Positions 49,155-57,406 of a stretch of 64,000 nt of DNA are shown one piece after another. The notes beneath the pieces were generated by a model that was not told the origin of the DNA, did not search any database, and saw only the letters and a program-made list of their open reading frames with translations. Each line of letters begins with the position of its first letter. Within the stretch, counting starts at the first letter, position 1. This stretch comes from Candidatus Omnitrophota bacterium. GTDB lineage: Bacteria; Omnitrophota; Gorgyraeia; Duberdicusellales; Duberdicusellaceae. The stretch spans positions 2,721 through 66,720 of the forward strand of contig JAFGCB010000027.1 in NCBI GenBank assembly GCA_016932855.1, written 5' to 3'. Position numbers and translations under genes: made by a program.

Positions 49155-49955
49155 ATGCCCGAGCTTCCGGAAGTCGAGACAATAAAAAGAGATTTAGAGA
49201 AAAAAATATTAGGCAAGAAAATAATCGCTATAGAGGCAGATAAGCCGAAAGTGATAAAAGAGCCTTCTTTAGATAAGTTCAGGAAAGGATTGGTCGGGAA
49301 AAGACCCAAGGAGGTTATAAGAAAGGCGAAAGTTCTTATAATAAAATTTGAAGATAATAAGTTTTTAGTGATCCACCTAAGGATATCCGGCTGGCTTCAA
49401 TACGGCAAAAAAGAAGATAAAGCCCGGGTTTTGTTTAAGCTTTCCGACGGCAAATACTTAAATTATATGGATCAGAGGCTGCTGGGGGAACTTAGGCTGC
49501 GCAGCGATTACAAGGATTTGAAATTCATACAAAGGCTGGGGCCTGAGCCCTTTGAGTTGAGCCTTAAGGAGTTTAAAGACATTATAAGAACAAAGAAGAC
49601 AAAGATAAAACCTTTATTGATGGACCAGGCGGTTATTTCCGGAATCGGTAATATATACGCCCAGGAAAGTCTTTTTGAATCCAAGATTTTGCCTACAAGG
49701 CAAAGTCTTTCTTTAAAGGACAGGGAGATTTCTTTATTGTATAAAAATATACGAGGAGTTTTAAATAAAGCCATACAAAACCGTGGGTCTTCAGTCGATA
49801 CCTACAGGGATATAGACGGCCGTACAGGAGGAATGGAGGAAAAGCTTAGGGTCTACGGACGGCAAAACGAACCTTGTTTTAAATGTAGGCGTTCCATAAA
49901 AAAAATAAACTTAGGCGGCCGGGGAACTTGTTTCTGCCCTAGCTGTCAACACTGA
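49155..49955 (+). CDS. mutM: Formamidopyrimidine-DNA glycosylase
   Basis: MPELPEVET, LGPEP, GIGNIYAQE, C-terminal Zn finger (CFKC..CPSCQ). Confidence 0.95.
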   Translation: MPELPEVETIKRDLEKKILGKKIIAIEADKPKVIKEPSLDKFRKGLVGKRPKEVIRKAKVLIIKFEDNKFLVIHLRISGWLQYGKKEDKARVLFKLSDGKYLNYMDQRLLGELRLRSDYKDLKFIQRLGPEPFELSLKEFKDIIRTKKTKIKPLLMDQAVISGIGNIYAQESLFESKILPTRQSLSLKDREISLLYKNIRGVLNKAIQNRGSSVDTYRDIDGRTGGMEEKLRVYGRQNEPCFKCRRSIKKINLGGRGTCFCPSCQH

Positions 49956-49981
49956 GTCAACGCTGAGCGATTGTTTCCTTT

Positions 49982-50011
49982 ATGTCCTATATTCGCGCGA
50001 ATGTGAGAATA
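49982..50011. promoter_or_regulatory. 30-bp palindrome, copy A
   Basis: ATGTCCTAT-ATTCGCGCGAAT-GTGAGAATA upstream of pabB. Confidence 0.75.
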
Positions 50012-50034
50012 TAGATGCCGCATATATATGGTAA

Positions 50035-51879
50035 ATGATGAGAAAGTCACATATTCTCTCCGAAGACGAGGTATTAAAGCATATCCAGCAGCTTAAGGCC
50101 CGGCCGGGAGTATTTTTAGAGACAAGCTTTACCAACAGCGAAAATAATACTTCTTTTCTATTCCAAAAGCCCCAGAAGATTCTCGCCTACTATTTAGGCC
50201 AAAGCATAGATAGTTTTTTCAAAGATTTGCAAAGTTATCTTTCTTCGGGATTTTGGGTTTGCGGGTATTTTGCCTACGAGCTTGGTTATGTTTTTGAGCC
50301 CTTGCTTTTAAGCTTGTTGGAGAACAAAGGCTTTAACTTTCCTTTAGCCTGGTTTGGCGTGTTCAAGGCGCCCTTGATAATTAACCACCGGCACCTCTTA
50401 AATCCTAAAAAAAACCTATTAAATCTTAAGAATAGTTTCGGATTAAGCCGCGGCCGCTTTAACATGGATTTTTCAGAATATAAGAAGAGTTTAGCCAGGA
50501 TTAAAAATTATTTGGCCAAAGGCGACACTTATCAGGTGAATTTTACCCTGAAATATAAATCAGATTTTTGGGGGGACATAAGTCGCTTCTATCTGCATTT
50601 ACGCAGGAAGCAGCCGACCAGTTATTCGGCGTTTTTAAACGACGGCAAGCGGTTCGTTTTATCTTTTTCTCCCGAGTTATTTTTTAGGATAAGAAAAAGC
50701 CGCATCACCACGCGCCCCATGAAAGGCACATATAGGCGGGGCAAGAACGTCGCGGAAGATATGCTAAATGAAAAATTTCTAAAGAATGATTTAAAAAGCC
50801 AGGCTGAAAATATCATGATTGTGGATTTGTTGAGAAATGATTTAGGAAGAATCGCCCGCGAAGGAACCGTAGAGACTTTAAGTTTTTTTGATGTAGAAAA
50901 GTATCCTTCTCTTCTTCAGATGACCTCTACAATAGATGCCAGGTTAAGGAAAAACCTTACCTTAAAAGAGATTTTTGGAGCTATCTTTCCTTCAGGGTCG
51001 GTTACCGGCGCTCCCAAGATAAGGACCATGCAGATAATCGAGGAGCTTGAGAAAGAACCCAGAGATGTATATACCGGATCACTGGGCTTTATCGGGCCCG
51101 GCGGTCAGAGCTGTTTCAACGTTGCCATACGGACGGTTGTTATTGAGAATAGAAGGCTTTGTTTTGGCGTGGGCGGCGGGATAGTCTATGATTCATCGCC
51201 GGTCAGAGAATACCAAGAATGTCTTCTTAAGGCAAATTTTTTAACCGAAAGAAAACAGGAATTTTGTCTTATCGAAACCATGCTTTGGGAAAAGAAAAGA
51301 TTTGTATTATTAAAGCTGCATTTGGAAAGACTGAAGAGCTCTTCAATTTATTTTCAGATTCCTCTGGAGACAGAGAGGCTTAAAAATGATTTAATCCGCC
51401 TCTCAGCGGCTTTTCTTAAAGACAGAAAATACAAGGTTCGCGTCTTGGTAAATACAAAGGGTTCGTGGAAGATTTCCTATTCTTTGCTCAGAGATATAAA
51501 AGGTAAGATTAAGGTTAAGTTATCTAACCTGAGGGTTAATTCCGAGGAAGTTTTTCTTTATCACAAGACTACCAATAGAAAGTTTTATGATGACCAGAGG
51601 AAAGAAGCCTTAGGGCGAGGATTTTTTGAAATTATTTTCGCTAACGAGAAAGGTGAGCTTACCGAAGGTACGATTTCTAATCTATTTCTCCTGCGACGAG
51701 GGTCGCTTTTTACTCCGCCCTTATCTTCAGGGGTCCTTCCCGGAGTATTACGGCAGCATCTTTTAATGAAGAACAAGGCAAAGGAAGAGATTCTTTTCCC
51801 CCGGGATATTTTTAAAGCGCAGAAAGCATTTATAGGAAATTCAGTAAGGGGACTTGTGCCCGTTGACATAGTAATATAA
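50035..51879 (+). CDS. pabB: Aminodeoxychorismate synthase component I fused to a class IV aminotransferase/ADC lyase domain
   Basis: GDTYQVN, SPELFF, PMKGT, MIVDLLRND, GSVTGAPK; C-terminal HLERL, HKTT, TEGTISN, GVLPGV. Confidence 0.9.
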   Translation: MMRKSHILSEDEVLKHIQQLKARPGVFLETSFTNSENNTSFLFQKPQKILAYYLGQSIDSFFKDLQSYLSSGFWVCGYFAYELGYVFEPLLLSLLENKGFNFPLAWFGVFKAPLIINHRHLLNPKKNLLNLKNSFGLSRGRFNMDFSEYKKSLARIKNYLAKGDTYQVNFTLKYKSDFWGDISRFYLHLRRKQPTSYSAFLNDGKRFVLSFSPELFFRIRKSRITTRPMKGTYRRGKNVAEDMLNEKFLKNDLKSQAENIMIVDLLRNDLGRIAREGTVETLSFFDVEKYPSLLQMTSTIDARLRKNLTLKEIFGAIFPSGSVTGAPKIRTMQIIEELEKEPRDVYTGSLGFIGPGGQSCFNVAIRTVVIENRRLCFGVGGGIVYDSSPVREYQECLLKANFLTERKQEFCLIETMLWEKKRFVLLKLHLERLKSSSIYFQIPLETERLKNDLIRLSAAFLKDRKYKVRVLVNTKGSWKISYSLLRDIKGKIKVKLSNLRVNSEEVFLYHKTTNRKFYDDQRKEALGRGFFEIIFANEKGELTEGTISNLFLLRRGSLFTPPLSSGVLPGVLRQHLLMKNKAKEEILFPRDIFKAQKAFIGNSVRGLVPVDIVI

Positions 51880-51931
51880 ATTGTTGAAGATTTTAAAAAT
51901 TAGGCTAGAATAAAAGAAGACTTTACGTATA

Positions 51932-51961
51932 TATTCTATCATTCGCGTGAATGGAAGAATA
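51932..51961. promoter_or_regulatory. 30-bp palindrome, copy B
   Basis: TATTCTATC-ATTCGCGTGAAT-GGAAGAATA ending 2 bp before the ArsR ATG; downstream of TTGAAG-16-TAGAAT (51884-51911). Confidence 0.78.
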
Positions 51962-51963
51962 AG

Positions 51964-52239
51964 ATGAAAATCGAAAGCATTTTTAAAGCCTTAGGAAGCA
52001 CGCGCCGCATCAGGATATTGAAGATCCTCTTAAAATCCGATAAGTTGTCGGTGGGCGAGATATCTCAAAAAATAGACCTTTCTTTAAAAAGCACCTCCAA
52101 GCACCTTTTACTTTTAGAAAAACTGGATTTAGTTAAACGCGAACAGAAAAGTAGGTGGGGTTTTTACAGCTACAGCACGAAAGCCTCGGTGGATAGGATT
52201 AAGAAGATCTTGGAGCTGGCGGAACTTCTTGTGCGGTAG
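51964..52239 (+). CDS. ArsR/SmtB-family winged-helix protein
   Basis: FKALGSTRRIRIL, SVGEISQKI..TSKHL..L, wing; 91 aa, no Cys. Confidence 0.88.
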   Translation: MKIESIFKALGSTRRIRILKILLKSDKLSVGEISQKIDLSLKSTSKHLLLLEKLDLVKREQKSRWGFYSYSTKASVDRIKKILELAELLVR

Positions 52240-52256
52240 GAAGGCCGGACTAAGCT

Positions 52257-52286
52257 TATTCTAATATTCGCGCGAAAGTGAGAACA
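52257..52286. promoter_or_regulatory. 30-bp palindrome, copy C
   Basis: TATTCTAAT-ATTCGCGCGAAA-GTGAGAACA between the ArsR gene and pyrK. Confidence 0.75.
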
Positions 52287-52302
52287 TAGCAAGAGCAGGT
52301 TT

Positions 52303-53079
52303 ATGAGGAGAATAGAGGCAAGCGCAGTTTCTTTAAAAAAAGTAAAGGAAGAGACGTTTTTATTGAGTTTTAAATCTTCTTATATCGCGCAAAAGGCTTC
52401 GCCCGGACAGTTTCTTCATTTAAGAATCGACCCTTTAAGGCTTCTTCTTCGCAGGCCGCTTAGTATTCATAGGATAGAGGGGCAAAAGATAGATATACTT
52501 TTTAGATTAAGAGGCAAGGGCACAAGGAAGTTATCGCTCACTAAAAAAGGGGATACCTTAGATATTCTTGGACCTTTAGGAAGAGGGTTTAACTACACCG
52601 ATAAAAACATACAAGGCAAAGTTAAGATTCTTGTGGCCGGCGGTATGGGGGTTGCGCCTCTGTTTTTTTTAGCCCAGAAGCTAACCGCCTACCGCGATGT
52701 CCTGGTCTTGTTGGGAGCCGCGACAAAGAAAGAGATACTATGCAAGAAAGACTTTCAGAAGTTAGGTTGCAAAGTCTTAATAGCCACCGAAGACGGCTCC
52801 CTTGGTTTTAAAGGTAGGGTTACTGTCTTGCTGAAACATCTTCTTACTACTCAGTACTCGGCACTCAGTACTGTTATATATGCCTGCGGCCCGACTGAAA
52901 TGCTCTTTAGTCTTAGACCGATTTTAAAGACGGCGCCAAGAGCGGTCTGTCAGGTTTCTTTTGAACAGTTTATGGGTTGCGGAATAGGGGTTTGCAGGGC
53001 CTGTGTTATTAAAACAGCCAAGGGTTATCGGAGAATTTGCAAAGAAGGCCCGGTGTTTGACATAAAAGATATTTCTTAA
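52303..53079 (+). CDS. pyrK: Dihydroorotate dehydrogenase electron transfer subunit
   Basis: PGQF, LRRPLS, GPLGRGF, GGMGVAP, ACGP, MGCGIGVCRAC..CKEGPVF. Confidence 0.94.
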   Translation: MRRIEASAVSLKKVKEETFLLSFKSSYIAQKASPGQFLHLRIDPLRLLLRRPLSIHRIEGQKIDILFRLRGKGTRKLSLTKKGDTLDILGPLGRGFNYTDKNIQGKVKILVAGGMGVAPLFFLAQKLTAYRDVLVLLGAATKKEILCKKDFQKLGCKVLIATEDGSLGFKGRVTVLLKHLLTTQYSALSTVIYACGPTEMLFSLRPILKTAPRAVCQVSFEQFMGCGIGVCRACVIKTAKGYRRICKEGPVFDIKDIS

Positions 53080-53104
53080 ATACCGCATAGAAAAGGGAGG
53101 TGTA

Positions 53105-54256
53105 ATGGATAAGCCTTTCATTTCAATCATTGTTCCGGTAAGAAATGCTCAAAGGACGATTAATACAACATTTGAATATTTGATGGATATAGAGTATCCT
53201 CAGGAGCGAATGGAAATGGTTTTTGCTGACGGGGGCAGTAGCGACGATACGGTTAAGGTTATAAAGAAGTACCAGGAAACACATCCTTTCATTACGCTTG
53301 TGGAAATACCCGATTGTCCTTCACCCGGCTTTGCCCGGACACAGGCTTTGAAGGTAGCTAAAGGGGATTTTATATTTTTTACTGACGGTGACTGCGCGCC
53401 GGTTGAGGACTGGGTTGACAAGATGCTAGAGGTGTTTAATAAAGATGAAAAAATCGGCGCGGTAGGCGGCGAAATTTATACTTTGCGGGTTGACCCCAAC
53501 AATTTAGTGGAGATTTACTGCGAAGCCTTCGGTTTTAATAGAGTGTCCTGGCGTTACGGAAATCTACAGGAAGGGCTTTTTCCCGAACTGACGGATAAGT
53601 CACCTACTCAGGTCTGCGGCCACCGGGCATACTTTTTTGTAACCGCAAACGTCGCTTATAGAAAAGAAGCGGTAGAGGACGGCGAACGCAGATTCTGGGA
53701 ATTGCCTACCGGCGAAGACATTGACTTTGGTTTACGGGTAAGGCAAAAAGAATGGAAATTTTACTTTCTGCCCCAGGCTTCCGTAAGACACATGCATAGA
53801 GCGGATTTAAAGGCTCTCCTGCGGGTCTGGGCAAGCTATAGCAGGGCTCATCCGCCTTTAATAAACGCGCACGCAAGCAAGTATATGGAGATAATCCTGC
53901 AATTCCTGGGCGCATATCCTAATAACCCCTGTTTAAAGTTCAAATTTCCGATTAAAGGGTTTGTCTATATAGGAAATTTCCATCTTATGCATCTATTCGG
54001 ATTATTGTTTATCGGGGGCTTAATAGGAATTTTTGTCTCATCACCGGGGTTTTGGTGGAAGCTGACAACTTTTATCAGCTTATTTTTAAGCCTCGTGTTT
54101 ACATTTAAATTTTTCCGGGCCGGCTTTAGGATAGAACCTTATAACGCCTGGCCTTCTTTTTGCAAGATGAAATATTTAACTAACCTTTATTTTATGCTGG
54201 GAGGGTTTAAAGGGATAAAGAAGTATAAAGTTTTGTGCATAGAGCCTAGTTTTTAG
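53105..54256 (+). CDS. Family 2 glycosyltransferase with C-terminal TM helices
   Basis: ISIIVPVRN, DGGSSD, FTDGD (DxD), GEDIDF. Confidence 0.88.
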   Translation: MDKPFISIIVPVRNAQRTINTTFEYLMDIEYPQERMEMVFADGGSSDDTVKVIKKYQETHPFITLVEIPDCPSPGFARTQALKVAKGDFIFFTDGDCAPVEDWVDKMLEVFNKDEKIGAVGGEIYTLRVDPNNLVEIYCEAFGFNRVSWRYGNLQEGLFPELTDKSPTQVCGHRAYFFVTANVAYRKEAVEDGERRFWELPTGEDIDFGLRVRQKEWKFYFLPQASVRHMHRADLKALLRVWASYSRAHPPLINAHASKYMEIILQFLGAYPNNPCLKFKFPIKGFVYIGNFHLMHLFGLLFIGGLIGIFVSSPGFWWKLTTFISLFLSLVFTFKFFRAGFRIEPYNAWPSFCKMKYLTNLYFMLGGFKGIKKYKVLCIEPSF

Positions 54257-54341
54257 ACAATTGTAGAAATTTTAAAATTATCATTGCAGAGCTAATATTT
54301 AAAATTTAATTTAATGCGCAGAGTACATATTGGGAGGTAGT

Positions 54342-54698
54342 ATGTGGAGTTTATATTTAATTTTCGGTTTATTCGCCGGGATATGCGGAGGCCTTTTCGG
54401 AATAGGAGGAGGAAGTATTCTTATCCCGATTTTTGTCTATCTTCTGGGGTTTACCCAACACCAGGCTCAAGGCACCACCCTGGCTATAATGGTTCCTCCC
54501 ATAGGTCTTCTGGCAGCCTTGCGCTATTACTGGCAGGGTAATGTTAAGCTTTCCATAGCTCTTTTTGTATGCGTAGGATTTTTTATCGGAGGCCTCTTTG
54601 GCGCGGAAATCGCTAACCGGATAAACGAGCCTCTTCTTAAAAAATTCTTTGGAGTATTTTTGCTTCTTGTGTCGTTAAAAATGATGTTCGGAAAATAA
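54342..54698 (+). CDS. TauE/SafE-family exporter (half-size)
   Basis: GLFGIGGG, QHQAQGTTL; 118 aa; ATG after GGAGG. Confidence 0.85.
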   Translation: MWSLYLIFGLFAGICGGLFGIGGGSILIPIFVYLLGFTQHQAQGTTLAIMVPPIGLLAALRYYWQGNVKLSIALFVCVGFFIGGLFGAEIANRINEPLLKKFFGVFLLLVSLKMMFGK

Positions 54699-54706
54699 CG
54701 GCGATA

Positions 54707-55624
54707 ATGGCCAGAAAGAAAATAAGCTTAAGCACAAATTTCAGAGGTTTACGGCTAAAAAATCCTGTTGTTCTTTGTTCAGGGACTGCCGGCTTCGGGT
54801 TGGAGTTAGAGGAGATTTTTGATTTTAAAAATATAGGGGCTATTGTAACCAAGACTTTAACTCTTAGGCCCCAAGCGGGAAATCCTCCTCCTAGAATAGC
54901 TGAAACTGCCTCGGGCGTCTTAAACTCAATCGGTCTAGAAAACTTAGGGCTTAAGAGTTTTCTCGGAGAATTTAATAAATTAAAGAGATTGCCCGCAGAT
55001 ATAATAGTAAGCGTATATGCTCATACTAAAGAAGATTTTAAAAAAATGATTCTTCGGCTTGATGAAGAAAGACATATAAAGGCTATTGAGCTTAATTTTT
55101 CCTGTCCCAATCTGCGGATTAAAAAAATGATTTCTCAGTCCGCCCAGCTTACCGCGAGTTTTGTTAAATATATAAGGAAGGCGACAAAGAAAGTTCTTAT
55201 TGCCAAGCTTACGCCGGAGGTTACCGACATAGTCAAAGTCGCCAAAAGCGCTTACGAGGCCGGCATAGACGGCCTTTCCTTGGTGAATACTTTTTCGGGA
55301 ATAAAAATAGACACAACAACAAAAAAGCCGTTTTTAGGAAATGTATTCGGGGGCCTTTCCGGACCGGCGATAAAACCCCTTGCTTTGGCCAGGGTATTTA
55401 GAGTCTATAAGGAATTAAAAATACCGATTATTGCTTCGGGCGGTATATTTGATTACCAGGACGCTCTGGAATTTATTTTTGCGGGAGCAACTTGCATAGG
55501 ATTAGGCACCGCGAATTTAATAGACCCCGATGCCCCCCGGCGCATCCTAAAAGATTTGACTTTTTATATGGAAAGGAATAGAATTTCTAGCCTGGAAGAA
55601 ATAAGAGGCGTAGCTCATGGGTGA
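54707..55624 (+). CDS. pyrD: Dihydroorotate dehydrogenase catalytic subunit (family 1B)
   Basis: GNPPPRIAET, LNSIGLEN, NFSCPN, GGLSGPAIKP, SGGI. Confidence 0.95.
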   Translation: MARKKISLSTNFRGLRLKNPVVLCSGTAGFGLELEEIFDFKNIGAIVTKTLTLRPQAGNPPPRIAETASGVLNSIGLENLGLKSFLGEFNKLKRLPADIIVSVYAHTKEDFKKMILRLDEERHIKAIELNFSCPNLRIKKMISQSAQLTASFVKYIRKATKKVLIAKLTPEVTDIVKVAKSAYEAGIDGLSLVNTFSGIKIDTTTKKPFLGNVFGGLSGPAIKPLALARVFRVYKELKIPIIASGGIFDYQDALEFIFAGATCIGLGTANLIDPDAPRRILKDLTFYMERNRISSLEEIRGVAHG

Positions 55625-56288
55625 TTTGGCCTGGCAGAGATTAATAGTAGCTTTAGACTGTGAAGATAAGATAAAAATAAAGAGAATTCTTGCCGCCCTT
55701 TGCCCTAAAGTCAAAAAATTCAAGATAGGTTTAATTTCCTATGTAAGATTCGGCCCAAGTTTAATAAAGATGGTAAAAAACTCAGGCGCCGATGTATTTC
55801 TTGATTTAAAATTTTTCGATATACCCAATACCATGGAAAAAGCAGCTTTTTCTGCGGCAGAGCTCGGAGCATGGGCCCTCACAGTACATATAAAGGCAGG
55901 AATAGATTCGCTTTGCCGGCTAAAAAAAGCCTTAGCAGATTTTTGCAGAAAGAAAAAGCTAAAAAGGCCTTTAATTTTGGGGGTTTCCGAGCTTACCAGT
56001 GAATCGTGCTCAAAAGACAAGGTTTTAAGATTAGCCGGCTTAGCTTCCAAAGCAAAACTAGACGGGATTATTTGTTCGCCTAAAGAGGCTCCTTTTATAA
56101 AGAAAAAATATAAAAACTTAAAAATAATTACTCCGGGCATAAGAAGTAACCAGGATTTAAAACAGGATCAGAAAAGGACCTCTAGCGCCAAAGAGGCTCT
56201 TAAAGCTGCTGATTATATAGTTGTGGGCAGACCCATAATAGGCAAAAGAGATTGTCTTAAGGCGGCCAAAGAAATATTAAGTTATTAA
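55617..56288 (+). CDS. pyrF: Orotidine-5'-phosphate decarboxylase
   Basis: LIVALD, FLDLKFFDIPNT, TPGIR, DQKR, VGRPI. Confidence 0.95.
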   Translation: MGDLAWQRLIVALDCEDKIKIKRILAALCPKVKKFKIGLISYVRFGPSLIKMVKNSGADVFLDLKFFDIPNTMEKAAFSAAELGAWALTVHIKAGIDSLCRLKKALADFCRKKKLKRPLILGVSELTSESCSKDKVLRLAGLASKAKLDGIICSPKEAPFIKKKYKNLKIITPGIRSNQDLKQDQKRTSSAKEALKAADYIVVGRPIIGKRDCLKAAKEILSY

Positions 56289-56310
56289 TTTGCTAAAAGA
56301 GGGGAAGTTT

Positions 56311-56913
56311 ATGGAAGTAAAATTAGAAAATCTTATAGAGAAAATTAAGCAGGAAGGCGTTGAGGAAGCCAAGAAAATATCGCAAGAGATTATTCGTAAG
56401 TCCGAAGAAGATAGCCGGTCGTTGATTGAAGATGCCCAGAGGCAGGCTAGCCAGATTATCGAGGAGGCTAAGCTTAAAGCCGAAAAGCTTAAGGCTAATT
56501 CCCATTCAGCATTGCAGCAGGCTTCAAGAGATATGATTCTGGTTTTGAATGATAAAATCCGCGGGTTGTTTGACCAGGTATTTAAAAAAGAGATAGCCAA
56601 AACCCTGACGCCCGATTTCTTAAAAGGGCTTATAACCGGAATAGTCGAAGACTGGGCCAGAGGTAAAAAGACAGAGTTTGTCGTAAGCCCTAAGGATGTC
56701 GACAATCTTAAGGAATTGGTGCTTTCCGGATTAAGAGAAGAACTTAAAAATAACCTTGTTATTAAAACCGATGATCGGGTAAACAAAGGTTTCCGCGTGG
56801 GCCTTAAAGGCGATAATGTTTATTATGACTTTACCGAAGAAGGTATAAAAGAGGTTTTGGAAGAGTTTTTAAGCCCGGTTCTGGTAAAAATACTTAAAAA
56901 CGATAATGGATAA
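56311..56913 (+). CDS. V/A-type ATPase subunit E
   Basis: LIEKIKQEGVEEA coiled coil, YYDFT; first gene of the operon. Confidence 0.85.
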   Translation: MEVKLENLIEKIKQEGVEEAKKISQEIIRKSEEDSRSLIEDAQRQASQIIEEAKLKAEKLKANSHSALQQASRDMILVLNDKIRGLFDQVFKKEIAKTLTPDFLKGLITGIVEDWARGKKTEFVVSPKDVDNLKELVLSGLREELKNNLVIKTDDRVNKGFRVGLKGDNVYYDFTEEGIKEVLEEFLSPVLVKILKNDNG

Positions 56914-57406
56914 ATATTACTACTTAGCCAGCCAGCTTCCTTTTTTAAGATTCGCGGACAGGACCCATCTTGACAGTAAATCCTTCTTAAAGGAAGCGGA
57001 GAAATGGCTTTGCGTTGGGGATTTTTCTATTTTATCGGGCGTAAACCTCAATGATTTTTCTTTAAAGCCACAAGACCCAACGGTCTTAAAAGCCTATAAA
57101 GAGTTTGAGCTTGGTCTACGTGAAAGTTTTTCTTTATGGAGAAAGTCACGGAAAGAAGGAAGCGAAGAAAGGGTATCGGCTTTTCCTCTTTCTTTGGTAA
57201 AAGAAGGCACGCCTTTAGAAGCGGAGACCAGGCTTTTGCATTGGCGATGGAAATTTATCGAAGAAAAAGAAGAGGGCCATTATTTTGATTTAACTTTTCT
57301 TATTATTTATCTTTTAAAATTGCAGATATTGGAAAGATTATTTACCTTTGATAAAGAAAAAGGCAGAAAAAAGTTTGAGGAACTCTGCAAGGTGAGCTAT
57401 GCCTGA
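56906..57406 (+). CDS. DUF2764-family V-ATPase accessory (subunit C-like)
   Basis: YYYLASQLP, HYFD, LKLQILER; lies between subunits E and A as in chlamydial/spirochaete/Bacteroidota operons. Confidence 0.75.
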   Translation: MDKYYYLASQLPFLRFADRTHLDSKSFLKEAEKWLCVGDFSILSGVNLNDFSLKPQDPTVLKAYKEFELGLRESFSLWRKSRKEGSEERVSAFPLSLVKEGTPLEAETRLLHWRWKFIEEKEEGHYFDLTFLIIYLLKLQILERLFTFDKEKGRKKFEELCKVSYA

